A DNA stretch of 64,000 bases, from the NCBI RefSeq assembly GCF_006345805.1, contig NC_043006.1, positions 27,528,001-27,592,000 on the forward strand, written 5' to 3'. Shown here one piece after another: positions 38,548-49,629 of this stretch. Position 1 is the first letter of the stretch, and each line of letters opens with the position of its first letter. The translations under genes and the position numbers were made by a program. The stretch comes from Octopus sinensis (taxonomy: Eukaryota). A model generated the notes under the pieces. The model ran no database searches. It had not been told where the DNA came from and was given only the letters and a program-made list of their open reading frames with translations.

Positions 38548-41382
38548 AAATCGGGAAAAATAGGGAAAATGAAAATGGTATATATTAATGAAATGACAAC
38601 ATAGAGGAAGGGAGTAAAGGAATAAGGAGATGAAGAGAGAGAAGAAAAAAGAAGCATAAAAGTTCATAGTTCAACTTTCCAATGTTGTGGAAAAAAGTGC
38701 ATAAGTCCTTAGGTGCAATTCTACGAAGATCCATGTGGGTTAATATCCTGATATTGTAAACATCTAGAGAAAAAAAAGATGTGAACATATCAACGTTCAA
38801 TAACAGAATGGTTGTGGAGATGGCTAATAAGTAGTAAGAGGAAAAAGAGTAAATAAATAAAAAGAGAGGTAAATAGAGTGAGGGAGAAAGTTAAGGATTG
38901 GCTTTAGGATAAAATAAGGTGTATAAGCATATGGTGTCTAAGAATATTGTGTACAGGGGTAGCCGAGAAGATTAGAGAGAGGATGAGGAGGTAGAGGAAG
39001 ATAGCTTAAAAAAATAAACAAAATAGAGCAAAAATGAAAAGAATTTAAAGAGAGTAGTAGGTGTCGGTAGTAGTCTTCTTGTCTATAAGTGCTGGGGAGG
39101 AAATCTAGAAGTAAATACTTGTGTCCATTCTGGCTAAGGTCAGTGGCTGTAGAGTTATTTTTAGCAATGGGGTTATGGATGTATAGGTCATCAAGAATGG
39201 ATGAGCTAGTTGAATGTTAAATTATTTATGAGTGGTAGTTAGATTAGATATTAGGGGATTTATTGGGTTAAGGTTTAAAAATAAATTAAGGATAAATTAA
39301 AGAATTAATATTTATCTCATAAAGTGATCAGATAAGGTAGATGGAGGAGATATAAGATATAAGGTAGATATGAGAGATAGAGAGATATAGGAGAAATAGA
39401 AGAGATATAGAGGGGTTTGTGTTAATGATCATAGGAGCCCGTGTTAGAAACCCTTGCTCAAGGTAACACACAATGACATGGAACCTAAAACTATGAGCTT
39501 ACAAAGGAAATTTGTGGAACTTGCATTTAGATTTATAAAAGAATTTAAAAGTGCAGAAGAATTTGTGCTTAGATGTAATGAAGGCTTCATTGTGTTTATT
39601 AAGCAATTGTAGTGAGATATGGGTTAAAATTTTGAGGGCTTCTTTTAAGCAGAGTCTAGAAATGGAGTGTTGGCTCTAATACAGGATACCCGAGTCTATT
39701 ATAGCCCAGGAAAGTTTATATTGTATTTTTCTATTAATTAGCTAGTGTACATGGTTGGCTAGTGATGTGGAATTGCTATTCTTTTTATATTTAACCCTTT
39801 AGCGTTCAAATTAATATGTCAGAAGTAATCCTTATTCATTTACATTTAAAAAAAATTATTTGATATCATCTTGTAGCTTCAAGATTTGAAAGATGTAATT
39901 GTTTATTTTTAGAATGACATTGCAGGGTAGGTGTGAGATGCTGGTTCTGGCCAGTTTGAGCATAAAATGAGTAGAATATTCGGGCCAGATATAGCCGGTT
40001 TAAACACTAAAGGGTTAAACAAGTTTAAATGTGCACAATATCTTTGTTTAAATTTTGTAGTAGACCCAATGTAGTAGCTATTGGAGTAATTTACTATGTT
40101 GTGAACAGTGCATTGGTATATGACGCTGAATCTTCTTCATTGGGCTTGCAGCAGGCAGTCTGTCCCAGATCTGCAGTTACAGTTAATTAGTTCTATGATG
40201 TTTAATTGGAGAGAGAGATGAAGTAGTGCTTGTAGTGTCTAAGGTAGAACTAGGTGAATCGATTGTGATATTGCTGTTATTACTGCTGTCATTTTTAGTA
40301 TCAATATCAATGCTAGCATTACCATTTTAACCCATAACTCACCACAATTGCTTAATAAACACAGCAAAGCCTTCACTACGTGTAAGCACAAATTCTTCCA
40401 CACTTTTAAATTCTTTCATAAGTCTAAATGCAAGTCCACACCCCAACTCACACACACACAAATTTCCTTTGTAAGCTCATAGTTTTAGGTTTCATGTTAC
40501 TGTGTGTTGCCTTGAGCAAGGGTTTCTAACACAGGCTCACAATAACCAATGCCGTGTAAGTGAAATGAACAAACGGAAATTGTATGAAAGTACACCCCCC
40601 ATGAATCTTTGATGTATATACACATGTATGCATGTATGTATGGTATTTATATATAAATATGAATGTATGCATGTATGTCTGTATGATGCATGAAAGTATG
40701 CGTGCATATATGTATGCATGAATTATGTATGTATACATGTATATATGAGTGTGTGTGTGTCTCTTCACGTGTGTGCACATTTGTGTGGACATTAGTATTT
40801 ATTCCTTTGCATAACACCAATTAAGTAGTGCAGATGTCTTCACTAAAACATATGTTCTGGAACTTGGCAGCTTCAAACAGTGGCAAACAAGTGAAAGCAC
40901 TTTATTTGGAAATAAAAAAAATTGCAGTAAAGTCTAAGAGAAAGTGCATCCTGCTGTAGAATACTGCCACAATAAGTCTTGTATAACATATACCAGCAAG
41001 GAAAACAAAATCAACACAGATACAATAACAAGAACAATATCAACAATTTGGTCACATTTCATGAGAGTATCTAGGTCAGCTTATGAACTTTTCAGCCGAC
41101 TCTTGTGCGTGTGTGTGTGTATATATCTCTGTTTATTTTTTCATTCTTTTTTATGCGGTCTCTGTTTATTTTCTCTTATTCCTTTCTGTTGAAGAGCATA
41201 GGCTCAAAATGCAAAAGACTTTTAATTTTCCTGAGCATCAAACTAATACACTTGCTTGTTGCTCATACACCTGTCTTCATTTTTTGCTTTCTATAAATTT
41301 CAATATATATATATATATATATATTTGTAAAAAAGAAGTTTGAAAACGCCACTATATTAGATAAATTTTAATTTTCTTATGA

Positions 41383-41427
41383 ATTTTACATGTTTCGGTT
41401 CTTGAAAAAACGAACTTTATCAAAAAT
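41383..41427 (-). ncRNA. Hammerhead motif with U3/A8 core variant, downstream of the PLE ORF
   Basis: ATTT-TTGATAA-AGTTC..GAACC-GAAA-CATG-TA-AAAT; same strand as the PLE ORF. Confidence 0.5.
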
Positions 41428-42035
41428 ATTATAAAAAGTGCAATAGAAAAGTTCATAATCGTTTCTTACTGGTCTCAATAGAATCTATGTGGTGGTGTTT
41501 TGTCGGTAGTTGGTATAATCGCTATATTACAGTTGAGTGTAGTGAAGAAGTTCATTATTGTTTCTTGCTGGCATCAAAAGGAACCTTTCTTTTGTTTCCT
41601 TGTGTTACAATGGAATGGTAGTAGCAGTAGTGATTGTTGGTCGTAGTAGTAATAACCGTGGTGGTGGTTGGGGTCGCAGTAGCTTATTGGTTGTGGCTGT
41701 CCTAGCAGCAGATGGCAGTAGCAGCAGTTACTGTTGGTCGTAATTTTGGCAACCTTGGTGGTGGTGGTTGGGGTTGTAGCAGTTAAGCTGTGGCCGTAGC
41801 AGCAGCAGCAGTAGAGGACTGTTGATCGTGGCAGCAATAGTAGTGACACTGTTCATTGGCACTGTTCACTGATGTCACATAATTCCAAACCAATCAAAAC
41901 CAAACTTCAACGAATACAAGGAAAAGACCCTTTAAGAGAACCAACGAACCGGAATGATCTATAACTGTATCCTGCAAGGAAACCAACCAAGCAGAACGAC
42001 AAGCTTGACCATGGAAGAAAAACGTCATCAATTTT

Positions 42036-44639
42036 TTAACGAATCAAAATCAGATTTGCTCGCAGAAAAAAATTTTTTATAAATTCATCTTTCCCTAAAA
42101 CATACCACTGCAAGCGGAAGCGACTGTTTACAGATCTGAGAAACTGTAATTCCCCCCACCTCCACCCTTTTTTTACTATTTTAATTCTCACACTGTGGCC
42201 ATAGCAGCAGCAGCAGTAGAGGACTGTTGATTGTAGCAGCAATAGTAGTGACCATGGTGGTTGTAGTAGTAGTGATAGTGGAAGCAGTTGTAGTGGTCGT
42301 GGTGGTTGTGGTAGAATTTCATTTTTCCTTTTTGGAAGACCAATGTTTTGTTGGCCCAGGGTGTTCAAACTTGGTCTAAATTTTTTGATGAAATAAAGTT
42401 CTTTATTTTGGCATTGGGTGAAGGTTATGCTGTCACTGAATTTGTAAAGTGGGTAAGTTGTAAATTTCCGTTTTTCATTTGAAGCACATCTATCTATGTG
42501 TCCGCTGACTGGTATTTTCCGGTATTCAGGGTTTCTAATTTGTGATTTATGCACCGCCATCCTGTTACGTAAGCTATTTTTTGTATGGCCTATATACTGC
42601 CTACTGCAACCTGCGCATGTTAAGACGTAAATTAAGTTTTCTGATGCACAGGTGAAGTTTGTTCTAATGGTGAACTGATGGCCTTGTTCTAGTATAAATT
42701 CTGAACCTTCTACCAAGATGACACAGATCCCGCAGTTGGGCTTTCCACATTTTCTAACTGCTGATTTTGTGGTTGATGTTGAGTGCAGTTTAGCTTGGGT
42801 TAAAATCCTTTTCAGGGATTTTGGTTGCCATTTACTTTTAATGATGGTGTGTGTTTCGAGGATCCGGTTCATCTTTGGGTCTCCCTTTAGTAGGGCTGTG
42901 CTTTGTAGTACGGTGCTGAAGGCCTCATTGTTAAGTGGGTTGTGTGTAGAGATGTAGGGAAGGGTTTTTAATTTTTCTTTCTTTTTTGGTTTTGTTTGTC
43001 TCAGGTCTTCTATACTTAATTTAAGTGCCCGTTGGATTGCACTGTCTATTAGGGGCAGTGGATAATTTCTATTTATGAGTATAGTTCTAAGTTCCTGGAG
43101 ACGTATGTGTCGGGTGTTTGTGTCTGATATTATGGTGCAAATCCTTCTAGCTAAACAAAAAGGGAGATTTATTCTAGTGTGTCTTGGGTGGCATGAATCA
43201 AAGGGTAGGTACTGCTTGGAGTCTGTCGGTTTATAATAGATATCTGTCTCTATTTTGTTGCCGACTTTCTTAATGAGGATGTCTAAAAATGGTAATTCTT
43301 CTTCGTTATGATCCATCGTGAACTGTATATTATCATTTATACCATTTAATAGTATTTTAAATTCCTCAAGTTTCTCTATACTTTTATCCCAGAGGATAAA
43401 GCAGTCGTCGAGGTATCTTTTCCAGTTGTTCTGGATATAGGTGGAGAAGGTGTTTCCATATTTCTCGAGTGTTATCTGGTAGAGTATTTTCTCGAGGTAT
43501 CCCATCACTAAGTTGGCAAAAGAAGGCGCAGTACGCGTGCCCATCGCTGTTCCCGATCTTTGTCTGTAGAAATTATTGTCAAAAATAAAGTAATTGTTTT
43601 CAAAAATAAATCTAAGTCCTTCTATTATAAGTTCTTTCTTTATGCGAGTTGGGAGTTCAAAGGAGTAGTTATTTAGCCAGAAAGTGATCGCTTCTATTCC
43701 TAGGGTGTGAGGGATGTTTGAATAAAGGTTAATTACGTCGAAGGATACTAGAAGGGTTTTCTCATTGACTGTTTTTGGGAGGTGGTTAAGCATGTCTATA
43801 TCGTCTCTTACGTAGTTTTTGATGTGCTTTAGGAAAGGTTTAAGAAGTGTGTCTAAGAAATTGCTGAGGCAGTGAGTTTCACATGCTGGGCCTGCTATTA
43901 TCGGTCTAAGTTTAAGATCATTTGGTGAAGGGATTTTGATGAGTATATCGGTAGATGTTTTGCATGTTTCACTAATTATTTGGCTTTTGTGGACTTTAGG
44001 GATATCGTAGAACAAACTTGATTTGCACTTAAAGTTAGTGATGTATTCGTACTCCTTGTCCATGAGTCCTTCTCGGTATGTGTTGATTAATGTCCTGAGG
44101 TTATACATTATTTTTGGCTGATTATACTGTTGGACCCTTTCATAATCTGTTTCATCTCTTAATAGGGATAGCACTAAATTTTTATAATCGTTTGTATTCA
44201 TTAATACTACCGCGTTGCCCTTATCTGCCTCCTTAATTGTTATTGTTTTGTCTTCTCTTAGTTTGATGAGGTCGTTCCATTCTCTTTTGTTAAAGTTTTG
44301 GCTGTGTTTTTGTTTCTTGGTGAATTGAAAAGGGAAATTAGTTATGTAGTCACAATAGCGGTCTAAGACTTTATTCTTTCCCTTGGTAGGGGTGTAATTG
44401 CTGTTGTTTCTAGCTATTGATTCATCATCTATTTGTTTGCCATGAAATTCCTCGGTAAGTCTTAGTTTCCTACAAAATTCCAAAATATCATCTTTCATTT
44501 CATAGTAATTAGAACGTTGTGGGGTTGGTGTAAATTTAAGTCCTTTGGAGAGTATGCTTAATTCGTTAGGTGTAAGTTCTTTATTCGAGAGATTGATTAT
44601 TTTAATTACCTGTGGTTTCCTTTGTTTGTCCTTTGCCAT
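42036..44639 (-). CDS. Penelope-like retroelement reverse transcriptase + GIY-YIG endonuclease (867 aa, uninterrupted)
   Basis: INLS..LSKGLKF, LRPII, SFDVINLY, GTAMGT..PSFANL, RYLDD, CGKPNCGIC, NLIYVLTC..YIG, HKSQIR, KELYFI..PSLN. The last ~105 aa are read-through into low-complexity sequence. Confidence 0.95.
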   Translation of the reverse strand: MAKDKQRKPQVIKIINLSNKELTPNELSILSKGLKFTPTPQRSNYYEMKDDILEFCRKLRLTEEFHGKQIDDESIARNNSNYTPTKGKNKVLDRYCDYITNFPFQFTKKQKHSQNFNKREWNDLIKLREDKTITIKEADKGNAVVLMNTNDYKNLVLSLLRDETDYERVQQYNQPKIMYNLRTLINTYREGLMDKEYEYITNFKCKSSLFYDIPKVHKSQIISETCKTSTDILIKIPSPNDLKLRPIIAGPACETHCLSNFLDTLLKPFLKHIKNYVRDDIDMLNHLPKTVNEKTLLVSFDVINLYSNIPHTLGIEAITFWLNNYSFELPTRIKKELIIEGLRFIFENNYFIFDNNFYRQRSGTAMGTRTAPSFANLVMGYLEKILYQITLEKYGNTFSTYIQNNWKRYLDDCFILWDKSIEKLEEFKILLNGINDNIQFTMDHNEEELPFLDILIKKVGNKIETDIYYKPTDSKQYLPFDSCHPRHTRINLPFCLARRICTIISDTNTRHIRLQELRTILINRNYPLPLIDSAIQRALKLSIEDLRQTKPKKKEKLKTLPYISTHNPLNNEAFSTVLQSTALLKGDPKMNRILETHTIIKSKWQPKSLKRILTQAKLHSTSTTKSAVRKCGKPNCGICVILVEGSEFILEQGHQFTIRTNFTCASENLIYVLTCAGCSRQYIGHTKNSLRNRMAVHKSQIRNPEYRKIPVSGHIDRCASNEKRKFTTYPLYKFSDSITFTQCQNKELYFIKKFRPSLNTLGQQNIGLPKRKNEILPQPPRPLQLLPLSLLLQPPWSLLLLLQSTVLYCCCCYGHSVRIKIVKKGWRWGELQFLRSVNSRFRLQWYVLGKDEFIKNFFLRANLILIR

Positions 44640-44763
44640 CGTGTGTCCCTGTTCCTGTGTGTTAGGTCTAAAAAATGGTTGGTGTAGTTATGTTGAAAAA
44701 TACTGTTTATCTGTCTCCTGTTGTTATAATTTTCAGAGTGAGTTTGTGGGGCTCTGTTTTGTA

Positions 44764-46532
44764 ATCTGGTGGGCAATGAGGAAACTAGGGATAGATGAAT
44801 GGTTAGTGAGAGCTGTGCGGGCCATGTACAGGGACGCCGCTAGTAGGGTGAGGGTTGGAAATGTGTACAGTGAAGAATTCCGGGTAGAGGTAGGAGTCCA
44901 CCAAGGCTCAGTACTCAGGCAATAACGGAGGAATTCAAGACAGGATGCCCTTGGGAGCTCCTCTATGCTGATGACCTTGCTCTAATTGCTGAGTCGCTAT
45001 CAGAACTGGAGGAGAAGTTTCAGGAGTGGAAACAAGGATTAGAATCGAAGGGCCTCAGAGTCAATCTAGCTAAAACCAAAGTCGTAATCAGTAGGAAGGT
45101 AGACAAATCACAAACACCTTCAGGTAGATGGCCCTGCTCGATCTGTAGAAAAGGTGTAGGTAGAAACTCTATAAGATGCACCAAGTGTAAGCTATGGACA
45201 CATAAGAGATGCAGCAATGTCAAAGGAAGGCTAACTAGGAAGATGGTTTTTGTATGTGGCAGATGCTCAGGAACAATAAACACTGAAAATGCTCTGAGAC
45301 CAACTTCCGTCACTTTCCAGGGAGAAAAACTAGAAATAGTTGATAGTTTCCGTTACCTAGGTGACCAAGTCAGCAGCGGGGGCGGGTGTGCTGAAAGTGT
45401 AACTGCTAGAGTAAGAATAGCTTGGGCAAAGTTCAGAGAGCTCTTACCTCTACTGGTGACAAAAGGCCTCTCGCACAGAGTGAAAGGCAGACTGTATGAT
45501 GCGTGTGTACGAACAGCCATGCTACATTGCAGTGAAACATGGGCCGTGACTGCTGAGGATATGCGTAAGCTCGCTAGAAATGAAGCCAGTATGCTCCGAT
45601 GGATGTGTAATGCCGGTACTCACACTCGGCAGAGTGTAAGTACCTTGAGAGAAAAGCTGGACCTAAGAAGCATCAGTTGTGGTGTGCAAGAGAGACGTTT
45701 GCGCTGGTATGGTCATGTGGCGAGAATGGATGAAGATAGTTGTGTGAAAAAGTGCCACACCCTAGCGGTTGAGGGAACCTGTGGAAGAGGCAGACCCAGG
45801 AAAACCTGGGACGAGGTGGTGAAGCACGACCTTCGAACTTTAGGTCTCACTGAGGAAATGACTAGAGACCGAGACCTCTGGAAGTGTGCTGTGCGCGAGA
45901 AGACCCGGCAGGACAAGTGAGTCCATAACCCGTGGCCTTCTACATGGGATGGAGCCAGCCTACGTATGCATACCTTCCCTTCTTGGGACACAAAACTCTA
46001 CTTGTGAAGACGTGATGAGGCAAGTGAGGATCAGAATCGAAATCGATCAATGGAAATTGTGGATGTGCTACCAGTGCCGGTGGCATGTCAAAACTCTGCT
46101 TGTGAAGACCCGTTGAGGCAAGTGACGATCAGAATCGAAATCGATCAATGGAAATCGATCAATGGAAATTGCAGATGTGTTACCAGTGCCGGTGGCATGT
46201 AAGAGAACTTTCCGTTTCGCGACCGTTGCCAGCACCGCCCCGTTTCGTGTCCGTTGCCAGCCTCGCCTGGCCCTCGTGCCGGTGGCACATAAAAAGCACC
46301 ATCCGTTCGTGGCCGTTTGCCAGCTCTGTCTGGCACCAGTGCGGGTGGCACGTAAAAAGCACCCACTACACTCACGGAGTGGTTGGCGTTAGGAAGGGCA
46401 TCCAGCCGTAGAAACACTGCCAGATTTGACTGGGCCTGATGAAGCCTTCTGGCTTCACAGACCCCAGTAGAACCGTCCAACCCATGCTAGCATGGAAAAC
46501 GGACGCTAAACGATGATGATGATGATGATGAT
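44764..46532 (+). mobile_element. RTE-clade LINE, 5'-truncated, with 3' UTR and (GAT)n tail
   Basis: Highly similar to 15241-18580. ORF 45243-45920 runs to the natural stop; internal deletion near 44915. Confidence 0.9.
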
Positions 46533-46870
46533 TGTGTTGGTAGTTGTTTCTTCCGTAGTGTATTTGTTGTTTGTTAGGTTTGTATGGTTGGTTCCTAGGG
46601 TAGATGTTTGGTGGTGGAGTCTTAGTTTGGTCATGTGGATTGTATTTCATAGAATTGTATGTTATAGCCCTTTGGTTCTCGAAATGGTGTGGTGGGCCCC
46701 TGTAAGTGTTTTGGGGTTGGTGAAGGTAGTGTGGAGTGCGTTTTAAATGTATTTTTCTGGTGTAGGGTGTGTTTGGATTTCTTGGTGGTTGTTCCGTTCT
46801 GTTGGTATTTGGTTTTGTTTTACTTAATTTTATGAAGGGGTTGTTGGATATGTGTTCATTTTTGAAGTTG
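46533..46870 (-). mobile_element. Probable upstream N/P/Q-rich ORF of the PLE, separated from it by the RTE insertion
   Basis: Open N/P/Q-rich frame within ORF 46372-46977; same composition and strand as 44640-44765. Confidence 0.45.
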
Positions 46871-47049
46871 GTTTCATAATACATACATACACACACAAAC
46901 ACAGAACATAAATATTTAGTTAACAACAATGAAGATGATGATGATGACAACAGAGCATTATCTTTATGAGCCTTCAACTCACCCCAAGAAAAACCGAACC
47001 CTATTAAAGTTAAAAAACAAGTGGACTAGTCATTGATGACCAAATATTG

Positions 47050-47183
47050 TCAATCTTCAAATGGGAAAACACCATCCACCAGACACTTGATCATGTGACG
47101 CTTCTCATAAATGATGTCATTCAATTTGTGTCTTGTTTCATCAAAAAGCATGCGCTGTTCCCTGTTTAATTGTGCAGGGGAGC
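47050..47183 (-). CDS. Host gene, terminal coding exon
   Basis: Strong acceptor TTTTTCTTTCTCATTTAG; phase 1 matches the 54189 exon. SPAQLNREQRMLFDETRHKLNDIIYEKRHMIKCLVDGVFPFED*. Confidence 0.75.
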
Positions 47184-47297
47184 CTAAATGAGAAAGAAAA
47201 ACAATATATATACACATACATTTACATACATATATATATACACACACACACATACATACATATACACACACATGTATACATACATATTATGTATCTA

Positions 47298-48558
47298 TAA
47301 AAGTGGGCTGAAAAGTTCATCGGCTGACTATGAAAGATTGCTGCTAGAGCTGTGAAACTTTGCCTGCATTAATTTCAACACTTCTTATTAATAAATGCAT
47401 TGTTTCTTCTCCAGATAAACTGACATCTGACTGTTCAAAGAAAACTTCAAAAGTAATTAGTAGTGAGTTCTCTTGAAAATGGACAAAATTTGGCATCATT
47501 GTGTTATCAAGTACTCTCAGGACATTCATGCTGACATGGTTGCTACATTAGAGGATGACACTTCAGCTTCATCAACAGTGCAAAAGTGGGAAGCTGAGCT
47601 TAGGAGAGGAAAGAAAAGTCTTGAAGACGATTTAAGGTCTGGACATCATGCAACTGCCATCACCGAAGAAATCATTGGTTGTATTCACCATTTAGTGATG
47701 AATGACAGGTAACTGGCTATAAATCAAGTAGCCAATGCTATTAGCATATCCCACGAAATAGCTGAGAATATTCTGTACAATGAATTTGGCATGATGGTTT
47801 CTGCTCAGTGTGTGCCATGTCTCCTGACACCTGATCAAAAACACACCAAGCTTATCACATCATGGAAAAATCTGATATTGTTTGAGATAGATCTAGCTGG
47901 TTTCCTTGAATATTTCCTAACCCAGATGAGTGTTGGCTTCATCACTTTGAACCAGAGACAAAGAGACAATCCAAGCAATGGAAAACCCCTTTCTCACTTG
48001 TTCCAAAGAAGGCCAAGGTTGTTTCATCTGCAGGGAAGATGATGGCCTCAGATTTTTGGGATGCAAAAGGCATTGTGTTTATTGACTATCTTCAAAAGAG
48101 CCACATCATCAATAGAGAGTACTATGACAATTTGCTGAGGCAGTTAGTTACAAAAGGATATCAAGGCCAAATGCTCAGGAAAACTGATGAAGGTGGTCTT
48201 GTTTCATCAGGACAATGCTCCAGCACATGAGTTCTTGATTTCAATGGCTGCTGTGCATGACTGTGCCTTTGAACTGGTTGATCACCTTTCCCATTCTCCT
48301 GATTTGGCCCCATCTGACTATCATGAAAAAACACTTGACAGGGAACAAGTATTGCAGTTATGATGATATCATATCTGCTGTTAATGGCTTATTTTACCAA
48401 CAGGATGAAAACATCTTCACCAATGGGATCCAATCACTGCAACACCAATGAAAACTGTGTGTAATCTACAAGGGGGACTATGTTTGAATAAAAAAACTCA
48501 TTTGGTCACATTCCATGGAGTACCTTGGTTGGCCTATGGACTTTTCAGCTGACCCTTG
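47298..48558 (+). mobile_element. Mariner (DD34D-type) transposon, full length, transposase pseudogene
   Basis: TA flanks and degenerate TIRs (GCTGAAAAGTTC/GACTTTTCAGC). Motifs VPCLLT, DECW, FWDAKG, HQDNAPAH, SPDLAPSDY; stops and frameshifts. Confidence 0.9.
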
Positions 48559-49629
48559 TATTCACACACACACACACACACACACAGCATAAATATTTAA
48601 TTTTAAGTTTCAATAATCAGGAAAATAACAATTAACACACAAGAACTTTTCCAAAATCATACAGGTCAATTTTTTACTTTTTACAATATTTCTGTTGAAA
48701 TACACTGCCTTAGTTTCAAGTAATTTTGAAAATAATGACAAATTTAGTAAAATAACTTAATCATTATTAAGCTGGTTATTGGAACATAAATTAACATGAA
48801 ATTTTAAATCACTTTTTATATCACTTTAAAATATGAAGTTTGTATCATTGAACTAAGGGGAAAATAATATTCTGCACTCTTGGATAATTTTCTATCTTAT
48901 ATTTGATAAGGGGGAAATCTTTCCTAAAATATAACAGAATCATTAAACAACCTATGCTGGGTGATAAAACATCTTGTCTTTTTTTTTGTTGGTATCACTG
49001 TACATATTTTGCCTAATTTCTCTCCTGCATTACTTTAGTCTTCTTAAAAATATTTATAACATTTACACATTGCAAATGCTTCAAGTAAACTGAAGTGGCC
49101 CAAGCATTACTGTTATTTTTACAGTTAGCAAACTACAACCATCCTTCTAGTATCCATAAAATACACTAGTCAGATACACTATGTATGGTGTAGGAGAAGT
49201 AGCAGTTGATCAACTGACTATATCCATTCCTCAAAAATTGTGGTCATGTGCCTAGGCTAAACGTTGACTATACCCCTTCCCACCAAAATTGTGATCATGT
49301 GCCCAGGCTACAAATCATTATCATTATTGGAGAAGCACTTTACTTTTACCGTCCCAGGGTTTGATAAAGCAAGCAAGTCAGAGTCAATCATATCAGCTAA
49401 ACCTCTTCCTCAGCCAAGTATTATTGGCTCTACTGTCTAAGAAAAGAAGATATTGGATAATTTGGTCTTGTGTTCCTTGCACATAGGAAAAAGACAAGCT
49501 GGTCATGGCTAGAATGTTTCTGATCATAGGTCTGCTTGATCAGAATTGACCAAGGCTTAAATAACAATAATATATATCCTCATGTCTATACTAAAAACAA
49601 ATGCTCATGCAAATACTACTACTACTCCT

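Noticed and set aside
48892-48923. Alternative short terminal exon (RKISPLSNIR*)
   Set aside because: Phase-compatible but only 10 codons; 47050-47183 has a stronger acceptor and a longer protein-like frame. It cannot be excluded without RNA data.
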